Positions 8,109 through 14,205 of a stretch of DNA of 14,205 nt are shown here, piece by piece; within the stretch, counting starts at the first letter, position 1; each line of letters starts with the position of its first letter. The DNA comes from Thermostichus sp. DRC_bins_24. Lineage in GTDB: Bacteria; Cyanobacteriota; Cyanobacteriia; Thermostichales; Thermostichaceae. Location: contig JAUQVK010000036.1 of assembly GCA_039794845.1 (NCBI GenBank), positions 1-14,205 on the forward strand, read 5' to 3'. The notes under the pieces were generated by a model. It saw only the letters and a list, made by a program, of their open reading frames with translations, was not told where the DNA came from and ran no database searches. Position numbers and translations under genes: made by a program.

Positions 8109-8119
8109 CGCGCTGTGCC

Positions 8120-9049
8120 TCAACCTCTATCGGTGATTTGAGGGGTCTTGGGTAAAGCAATGTCCCCCTGTCTGGAGAGATCATGCACCGGGTAGCTGCC
8201 CAGGAGTTTCAAGGTTTCTGCAATCGACTCGATCTCGGCAATCACCTCTGGGGGGAGATAAGGTTGCCCGGCACCATTTTCCAAATCCACAAAAAACACA
8301 TAAGTCCCCGCCGATTTTTTCGTCGGACGAGATTCAATACGCGACATATTCAACCCCCGCGCCGCAAACACCTGCAATGGTTTCAGCAACGCCCCTGGCA
8401 CGTTTTGCGGCAGGCTGAAGGCCAGGGAGGTATGGGATCCCCCTGGGGAGGGGGCGCGGTCGGGATCGGTTCGGCCAATCACCCAAAAGCGGGTGCTGTT
8501 ATCGGGGTGGTCATTGATTGGGCAGGCCAGGATCGGCAGTTGGTAGAGGGTGGCGGCCCGTTCTGAGGCGATGACGGCGGCACTGGGCTGCTCCTGCAGG
8601 CGATCCAATTCTTCGGTGGTGGAGCGGGTCGGAATCAAAGTGGCCTGAGGCAGATGGGATTTCAGCCAAACCTGACACTGGCCTAAGGCTTGCGGATGGG
8701 AATAGACCTCCTCAATCTGCTCTAGCTGTGGGGCACGCCCGATCAGGGCATGGCGAATCGGCAGGATCAGCGCCTGCTGGATCCCCAACCCCTCCAATTG
8801 CCACAGGGCATCCAGAGTCATCGAAACTCCACCCTCCACCGAATTTTCCACCGGCACCACCGCCCATTGCTGCTGACCGGCAGCCACCGCCTCTAAGCAA
8901 GCGCTAATGGTGGGGTAGGCCACCAAGGGATGGGATCCCTGACTGTGCAGGTGGGGCTGTTCGGGGCAGGCCAAGAGAGCTGCCAACTCGGTATAAGTGC
9001 CAACAGGGCCAAGGAAGGCAAGGGGCGAGGGGGAAGCGAGCAAGGCCAT
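8120..9049 (-). CDS. pheA: Prephenate dehydratase (monofunctional PDT + ACT domain)
   Basis: AFLGPVGTYTE, VVPVENSVEGGV, VYSHPQALGQC, NSTRF, ACT domain PGALLKPL...NMSRIESRPTK...YVFFVD, LLGSYP. Confidence 0.95.
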   Translation of the reverse strand: MALLASPSPLAFLGPVGTYTELAALLACPEQPHLHSQGSHPLVAYPTISACLEAVAAGQQQWAVVPVENSVEGGVSMTLDALWQLEGLGIQQALILPIRHALIGRAPQLEQIEEVYSHPQALGQCQVWLKSHLPQATLIPTRSTTEELDRLQEQPSAAVIASERAATLYQLPILACPINDHPDNSTRFWVIGRTDPDRAPSPGGSHTSLAFSLPQNVPGALLKPLQVFAARGLNMSRIESRPTKKSAGTYVFFVDLENGAGQPYLPPEVIAEIESIAETLKLLGSYPVHDLSRQGDIALPKTPQITDRG

Positions 9050-9061
9050 TCCTTCAATCGT

Positions 9062-9427
9062 TCAATCGTTACTGGGGGCCAGCTCTAACTCTATCGTTTC
9101 TAGGTGTTGCAACAGCAAAGGGCACTCAGGCTCTGGGCAACGGGGATCCACCGCCACGGCTTCTAGGGCCTTTATCACCTCCAGTCGGATCAGCGTTTGT
9201 AGGTCTTGATCCGCTTGGATGGCCTCTAGGGTGTAGAGGGAGCCGTGAAAGCTGGTGGCGTAGCGAGGCTTGAGGTTATTCAGGGCTAGCGCGGCAGCAT
9301 CAGTACAAAATTTTTCGCAGAAGCAGTAGCGCTGCTGGCTTTCCATCAACAAAACTTCATTAATCATCTCCAGAACAGCCCGCTCCATCTGGTTTTCCAG
9401 GCCATTTAGAGGTTTATGAAACTCCAT
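9062..9427 (-). CDS. ComFB (late competence development) family protein, 121 aa
   Basis: N-x-ME-x-x-V, C-x-C...D.AALALN.L.PRY.TS and C-terminal A...V..DPR are hallmark ComFB motifs. GGAGG lies just upstream of the ATG. Confidence 0.85.
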   Translation of the reverse strand: MEFHKPLNGLENQMERAVLEMINEVLLMESQQRYCFCEKFCTDAAALALNNLKPRYATSFHGSLYTLEAIQADQDLQTLIRLEVIKALEAVAVDPRCPEPECPLLLQHLETIELELAPSND

Positions 9428-9513
9428 CCTCCCGCCTCCCGAACTGACTCTGATGCTGCTCCATCCTAAGCTGGCAAGTCAAGCCAATTCTGCCTCCGCC
9501 TGCTCAAGGTCTG

Positions 9514-9529
9514 CCTCAGTATACTGAGG
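9514..9529. promoter_or_regulatory. Perfect 16-bp palindrome CCTCAGTATACTGAGG containing a TATACT -10-like hexamer on both strands, upstream of the comFB-family gene
   Basis: The sequence is its own reverse complement. The minus-strand TATACT (9523-9518) lies about 90 bp upstream of the comFB ATG; TTGTAT (9548-9543) is 19 bp further upstream. Confidence 0.5.
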
Positions 9530-9575
9530 GAGGGGAAAAAACATACAAGTTAAAGCAGACAGCCTTTTTAGGTTT

Positions 9576-10883
9576 TCAAAAGTTCACCAGTAACCTCGGC
9601 AAACGGGCGGAAAGGCCACACAGCAATTCGTAGGGAATGGTGCCCAGTTGATCCGCCCAATCCTGAACCGAAACCCCCAGGCTTGCCGCCTGTAGATTGG
9701 GGCCCAACAATTCCACCACATCCCCCACCCGAATATCCGGCCTCTCGGTAACATCCCACATGCACTGATCCATGGTGATCGTGCCCACCTGTTGGATCAG
9801 GCCCCCCCGTACCCATCCCCGCAGCCAACCGGAAAGCCGCCGTGGGATCCCATCCGCATAGCCAATGGCCAACGTGGCAATGCGACTGAGGCGGGTGGTG
9901 ATGTAGCGATGTCCGTAGCTCACCCCAGTCTGGGCGGGCACCGTTTGGATGTGGGTGAGTCGCGCCTTCAGCCGTAGGATTGGCTGTAAACCCGGCACTT
10001 GCAAATGGGGGGCCGGAGACAGCCCATAGAGCGCCAGCCCCAAGCGCACCCGCGCATAATGGCCCTGCAGATGGGTTAAGGCTCCCGCTGAGTTATCCAG
10101 ATGCAGGATCGGCATGGGATCCCCGGCCTGTTGGATCTGTTCAATGATCTGGGCAAAGCGGGTTCGTTGCTGGGCCATGGCGGGGGAATCGGCTTCATCC
10201 GCCGTAGCCAAGTGGGAAAATAAGCTGCGAGCCTGCAAGTCTGGGATGCGACAAATCCGCCCCCACAGAGCTGCCGCCTCTGGCCACGGGATCCCCAGCC
10301 GGGTCATGCCCGTATCCACATTCACATGCACGGGGAAAGGCTGTCCTGATGCCCGCGCCACCTGACAAATCAGAGGGATCTGGTCCGCACAGGTAAGGCT
10401 AATCTCCAGTTGGGCCGCCATCGCCTGCCGCAATTCCCCCCAAGTATTCAAGGCTCCCAACACCAAAATCGGAGCCTGTAGCCCCATTTGCCGCAATTCG
10501 ATCCCTTCTGTCAGGGTGGCCACACAGAGGCCCTTCGCCCCCGCCGCTATGGCCAACGGAGCCACCAGCTGCGCCCCATGCCCGTAGGCATTGGCCTTGA
10601 CCACCGCCCAAATTTCTGTGCCTGCTGACAGACGCGCCTGCAGGAGCCGCAGATTTTCCCGCAACTGAGCCGCATCGATTTCCACCCAAGCCCGACTGGT
10701 CAACAGCTCTGAGTTGGTGTTCCAATCCAGCTCGGCTCGGCCATTGGTTCCAACCGGCTGGGATCCCTCCGGCTCTCTGTACCTCTTCCCAGAGACATCC
10801 CTCGACCCATTCCCCTGCGCCCACGCAGCAGCGGTCGCCTCCATCGGCTGTTGATTCACCACTTCACCCCTCACACCCAACAC
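9576..10883 (-). CDS. alr: Alanine racemase (start uncertain: 10883 TTG or 10844 ATG)
   Basis: RAWVEID, PLP-lysine motif AVVKANAYGHG, HVNVDTGMTRLG, FSHLATAD, RLGLALYG, catalytic Tyr in GVSYG, IGYADG, VGTITMDQ, TIPYELLC. Confidence 0.95.
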   Translation of the reverse strand: MLGVRGEVVNQQPMEATAAAWAQGNGSRDVSGKRYREPEGSQPVGTNGRAELDWNTNSELLTSRAWVEIDAAQLRENLRLLQARLSAGTEIWAVVKANAYGHGAQLVAPLAIAAGAKGLCVATLTEGIELRQMGLQAPILVLGALNTWGELRQAMAAQLEISLTCADQIPLICQVARASGQPFPVHVNVDTGMTRLGIPWPEAAALWGRICRIPDLQARSLFSHLATADEADSPAMAQQRTRFAQIIEQIQQAGDPMPILHLDNSAGALTHLQGHYARVRLGLALYGLSPAPHLQVPGLQPILRLKARLTHIQTVPAQTGVSYGHRYITTRLSRIATLAIGYADGIPRRLSGWLRGWVRGGLIQQVGTITMDQCMWDVTERPDIRVGDVVELLGPNLQAASLGVSVQDWADQLGTIPYELLCGLSARLPRLLVNF

Positions 10884-10898
10884 CCGTTACCTTTGGAT

Positions 10899-11951
10899 CT
10901 AGCGCAAAGCCCACTCTGGCGCCATCCACAGCAGCGGTACTCCGGGGATCCCGCTGGCCTCGTTGCTCCCCAACAACCTTGCCAGCCAAGCGGTTTGCCC
11001 TTCCAGTCCCTGGCTCAACAGTCGCCGCAGTGTGCGTTGGAAATTATCTCCCTCACCCGCCGGGGACAAAGAGGGATTCCCCGTCATCAAACGCAAATCT
11101 TCAACGGCTTCGGTATAGCCCCCCAAGGCATCCACCAAGCCCACCTCCAGTGCCTGTGCCCCGGTAAAGATGCGCCCATCTGCCAACTGCCGCACCCGTG
11201 CCTCATCCAACCTTTCCCGACGGGCAATCATGTCGGCATCCAGCACCTCATCAGCCCCTTCTTCCGGCAAATGCTGACGCCCCCGGGCCACGTCCCGAAT
11301 GAACTGCTCCAGGGTGTTTTCCACCAAGTCTTGCAGCAGGCGTTGCTCTTGGGGGGTCGCCGTGCGGTAGGGGGAAAGAATATCCTTAAATTCGCCGGTT
11401 TTGAACGTTTGGGGCTCGATGCCGAAGTTGTTCAGCAGTTCACCAAAACTAAGACCACTGATGATTACCCCAATGCTGCCGGTCAGGGTGCCGGGGTTGG
11501 CGTAAATTTTGTCGGCGGCACTGGCTACGTAGTAGCCCCCACTGGCAGCAACATCCTCCATGATTGCAATCACGGGTTTGCCCACCTTGTGGAGGGCGGT
11601 CACGGCACGGTAGAGCTCTTGGCTGGATCCCACGGCACCGCCGGGGCTGTTGATGCGTAGCAACACCGCTTTGACGGCGCGATCCTCTACCGCCTCCCGC
11701 AGTTGATCCAGAGGGGAGGTGGGCAAACTGACGAAACCGGCACTGCGTGGCACGCCAATTGCCCCCTCGATGGTGACCAGCTCGATGCGATCCCCGCCAC
11801 GTGCTGCCTCCAAACTCACCCCGGCTCGGGAGGGCTCTGGGGTGGGGCGTGTGCCCCCGACAATGGCCGCAATTAGGCAGATCACCAGCAACGAAGCTGC
11901 CAAAATGCGGTTGAATTGGATCCCTTGTGTCACAAGCTCCTCGGTAGCCAC
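10899..11951 (-). CDS. sppA: Signal peptide peptidase SppA, 36K type (peptidase S49)
   Basis: N-terminal hydrophobic anchor, LLRINSPGGAV, catalytic Ser motif AASGGYYVA, TLTGSIGVI, KTGEFKD, ADGRIFTGAQALEVGLVDALG. Exact GTG start is uncertain. Confidence 0.93.
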   Translation of the reverse strand: MATEELVTQGIQFNRILAASLLVICLIAAIVGGTRPTPEPSRAGVSLEAARGGDRIELVTIEGAIGVPRSAGFVSLPTSPLDQLREAVEDRAVKAVLLRINSPGGAVGSSQELYRAVTALHKVGKPVIAIMEDVAASGGYYVASAADKIYANPGTLTGSIGVIISGLSFGELLNNFGIEPQTFKTGEFKDILSPYRTATPQEQRLLQDLVENTLEQFIRDVARGRQHLPEEGADEVLDADMIARRERLDEARVRQLADGRIFTGAQALEVGLVDALGGYTEAVEDLRLMTGNPSLSPAGEGDNFQRTLRRLLSQGLEGQTAWLARLLGSNEASGIPGVPLLWMAPEWALR

Positions 11952-12032
11952 TGACTCCGTTCTATCACCCGGCGGGTCTGTCCGGTAGCAAGTGGCCGTG
12001 GGCTAACCAAGCCCAACTCATGGCGTCGGCTA

Positions 12033-12061
12033 TTGACAGGGATCCCTTACCTTCTTACGAT
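12033..12061 (+). promoter_or_regulatory. Sigma70-type promoter for tRNA-Ala
   Basis: TTGACA (12033-12038), 17-bp spacer, TACGAT (12056-12061), about 90 bp upstream of the tRNA. Confidence 0.75.
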
Positions 12062-12149
12062 GAATATCCGGTACTTTTTACCTTTTACCTCTGAAACAAC
12101 TTTTCGGGTCACAGGTGTGATTTGACAAGGGGTTTCTAGGTGTTTAGGC

Positions 12150-12222
12150 GGGGCTTTAGCTCAGTTGGTAGAGCACTTCAATGGCATTGAAGGGGTCAGC
12201 GGTTCGAATCCGCTAAGCTCCA
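12150..12222 (+). tRNA. tRNA-Ala(GGC)
   Basis: Acceptor stem GGGGCTT/AAGCTCC with the G3:U70 Ala identity pair, D arm GCTC-AGTTGGTA-GAGC, anticodon stem CTTCA/TGAAG with GGC at 12183-12185, T arm AGCGG-TTCGAAT-CCGCT, discriminator A. CCA is not encoded. Confidence 0.97.
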
Positions 12223-12231
12223 TCCCTCTCA

Positions 12232-12254
12232 GACCCACTCTGGTAGCGGGTTTT
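12232..12254 (+). terminator. Possible intrinsic terminator after tRNA-Ala
   Basis: Imperfect hairpin GACCCACT-CTGGT-AGCGGGTT (one mismatch) running into a short T run. Confidence 0.4.
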
Positions 12255-12624
12255 ATCGTTATCTAGAGGATCCCTTGAGGATGGGATCTGGGGTAGCGGT
12301 GGCCACCTATTGGGTGGGTTTCAGGGTTGTTCGTAGGCTAGATCGTTCCCGACTCTGTTCCCGGTTTTGGAAAGGGGCGGTGGGTGGGTAAGGGAAAGGG
12401 CTGTTGGTATCTTAAGAGAGGTGTAAAAGTTCATGATTCGTGCCTGGCCGTGGTGCCCAACCTAGCCTGGGAGCGTGGTTGCTTTCTGTTTCGAGGAGCA
12501 GACTGCGTGGCTGCACTCGAATGTCGTGTTACAGCAGAACCAGTAGAATTGGGATCGGGATCTCCATGAAGGGCCATCGCCGCGATGGGACTGTTGGGAT
12601 CCAGATGCAACCAGCAGGCTCAGC

Positions 12625-13746
12625 ATGTCCGATGGAGATCATCAAGCAGAAGCCACCAGCTTAAGTTACTCAAGAGACGCTGACGCGATTATCGTTGGGG
12701 CAGGAGTAGCCGGGTTGGCTTGTGCAAGACAACTGCTACGGGCCGGCCTAGAAGTTGTCGTGCTGGAAAAATCGGCAGGCCTAGGGGGACGCATGGCCAC
12801 CCGCCGGGTTGAACATGCCGGGCAAACGGTGCCTGTAGACCATGGGGCTCAATACCTGACGGCTGATTCCGATGGTCTCTACCGCTGGGTGAAGGAGCTG
12901 TTGGGCCTGGGGCTGCTGACGGAATGGACGCGCTCGCTGCATAGGCTGGATCCAGAAGGGCTGCACCCTGAGGATCCCAACGATGAAAAACCGCGCTACA
13001 TCTGCCCCCAGGGGATGGCTGTCCTGGCCAAACATTTGGCTGCTTCGTTGACAATACACACCCAAACCCGTGTGGTCGGCCTAAAACCCCTGCAAACAAC
13101 CTGGCAGGTGAGGGCCGATACTGGCCAAGCGTATCAGGCTCGTGCCTTGGTGGTGGCGATCCCGGCCCCCCAGATGCTGACCCTTCTCCAGGAAGCGATT
13201 TCGCCTAGCAGCCTGTTGTCTCTGCTGGGATCCGCCGAGTATCAACCTTGCATTGCGGTTTTGGCCGGCTACCCCGACAACACACCGCTGCCAGACTGGA
13301 AAGGGATTAAGTGTCTAGAGGATCCCTTGTTGGTGTGGTTGGGACTAGACAGCAGCAAACGCCCGGAACCGATACCGCCGGTGGTGGTTCTCCATGCGGG
13401 GCCGGAGTGGTCGTCTTTGTATGTGGATGCCAACCCGTCTGAGCTGGAAAAAGCAGGTCGAGACTTGTTGGCCCATGCCGCAAAACGGTTGCAACCCTGG
13501 CTAGCTGCGCCGGACTGGATGCAGGTGCATCGTTGGCGCTATGCTCTGCCGCTGGAAACGATGGGGCTGGCCAGCTTGGGTACCCGCATTCCCGGTTCTG
13601 CCGCTGAGGGGTTGCCCATGGTTTGTGCAGGGGATTGGTGTGCTGGCGGACGCATAGAAGGGGCCTGGCTATCGGGTCTGGATGCGGCACAAAAGTTGTT
13701 AGAGATGCTCGGGATCCCTTTGCCTGCTCGCTTTGGGGCATTGTAA
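12625..13746 (+). CDS. NAD(P)/FAD-dependent oxidoreductase, renalase-like
   Basis: Rossmann motif IIVGAGVAGLACA, EKSAGLGGRMATRR, DHGAQY, HRWRYALP, AGDWCAGGRIEGAWLSG. Confidence 0.9.
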   Translation: MSDGDHQAEATSLSYSRDADAIIVGAGVAGLACARQLLRAGLEVVVLEKSAGLGGRMATRRVEHAGQTVPVDHGAQYLTADSDGLYRWVKELLGLGLLTEWTRSLHRLDPEGLHPEDPNDEKPRYICPQGMAVLAKHLAASLTIHTQTRVVGLKPLQTTWQVRADTGQAYQARALVVAIPAPQMLTLLQEAISPSSLLSLLGSAEYQPCIAVLAGYPDNTPLPDWKGIKCLEDPLLVWLGLDSSKRPEPIPPVVVLHAGPEWSSLYVDANPSELEKAGRDLLAHAAKRLQPWLAAPDWMQVHRWRYALPLETMGLASLGTRIPGSAAEGLPMVCAGDWCAGGRIEGAWLSGLDAAQKLLEMLGIPLPARFGAL

Positions 13747-13881
13747 CCCTTCGATCTTTATCAATTCGATCTTCAAGTCCTGTAGCGCCGGCTTGCCCAT
13801 CAGTCCCTCACGGCGTCTTGATACCGCTCATCAAAACGGGATCCCCTGACACTCGGCTAGGTATGCTGGAGCTGCTCATCT

Positions 13882-14205
13882 AAGGACAACCCTATTGATG
13901 GCTTTACAATCAAGTTGCTGAAGATTGGGAGAGTGCCTATCAACCGGCATCGCCCCATCCTTGACGGGTTCAAGGTGAAGCAGGTGGGGGTATTGTCCAA
14001 GGTGAGAGGTACGCAAGGGGATGGGGTTGTCACGATTGCATCGCGGACGTATCGGTTCCCGCTGCGACCGTTCAGGGTCGGGCAATGGGAATTGACCTGG
14101 GATTGGAGCGATTCTTGACCGCTTCGGATGGCAGCTTCCAAAAGCGACCCAAGTTTTTCCAGTCGAGGCTACACAAGTGGCAATTGCTGCCACGCAGAGC
14201 GACTC
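13882..14205 (+). pseudogene. tnpB: IS200/IS605-family tnpB (RNA-guided endonuclease) remnant, 5'-truncated and frameshifted, continuing beyond the window
   Basis: Frame 1 reads KDNPIDGFTIKLLKIGRVPINRHRPILDGFKVKQVGVLSKVRGTQGDGVVTIAS (cf. KLPKIG...HRPIPDGF.VKQ...WYV). After a shift at about 14043-14045, frame 3 reads DVSVPAATVQGRAMGIDLGLERFLTASDGSFQKRPKFF, containing the RuvC-I GIDLG motif (14088-14102). Confidence 0.85.

Larger units (their letters stand above)
1035..13845. repeat. Dispersed highly iterated palindrome GGGATCCC (HIP variant)
   Basis: Perfect copies hand-located at 1035, 1152, 1407, 1434, 6350, 8434, 8932, 9844, 10116, 10288, 10760, 10945, 12039, 13711 and 13838, plus many 7/8 matches. 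Confidence 0.9.

Noticed and set aside
10851..11660. 269-aa + strand ORF
   Set aside because: Antisense shadow of sppA, expected in GC-rich DNA; no protein motifs.
12109..12150. TCACA-GG-TGTGA inverted repeat (CRP-like half sites) and a second TTGACA at 12122
   Set aside because: The half-sites are in the wrong order and spacing for CRP (TGTGA-N6-TCACA), and the second TTGACA has no good -10 at 17 bp (TAGGCG).
13750..13773. TTCGATCTT x2 after the oxidoreductase stop
   Set aside because: A 9-bp duplication with 6 bp between copies; IS200/IS605 elements make no target-site duplications, and there is no other support.
12150..14205. Integrative element inserted at tRNA-Ala
   Set aside because: No integrase and no duplicated tRNA 3' end seen in the window; the adjacent gene is an ordinary oxidoreductase with normal HIP content.

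Overview
GC-rich cyanobacterial chromosomal segment, very probably from a hot-spring Thermostichus (Synechococcus OS-A/OS-B'-like) strain. The evidence is about 15 hand-counted perfect GGGATCCC palindromes, many 1-mismatch copies, and no canonical HIP1 GCGATCGC that I could see. The core is housekeeping. On the + strand are a TIGR03960-type B12-binding radical SAM protein fused to a DUF2344/TIGR03936 domain, rne (RNase E, preceded by about 575 bp of non-coding DNA) and comM/YifB. Converging on these is a minus-strand run sppA, alr, comFB-family gene and pheA. Further right are tRNA-Ala(GGC) with a near-consensus sigma70 promoter and a renalase-like FAD oxidoreductase. Both ends are decayed accessory DNA: an Rpn-family C-terminus with a nonsense codon abutting a broken choice-of-anchor-Q/beta-helix gene on the left, and a 5'-truncated, frameshifted IS200/IS605 tnpB on the right. 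The best candidate for an undescribed system is the radical SAM-DUF2344 fusion next to rne, whose C-terminal domain looks by eye like a catalytically dead TruA-like RNA-binding fold. All assignments come from motif recognition by eye; no searches were run.
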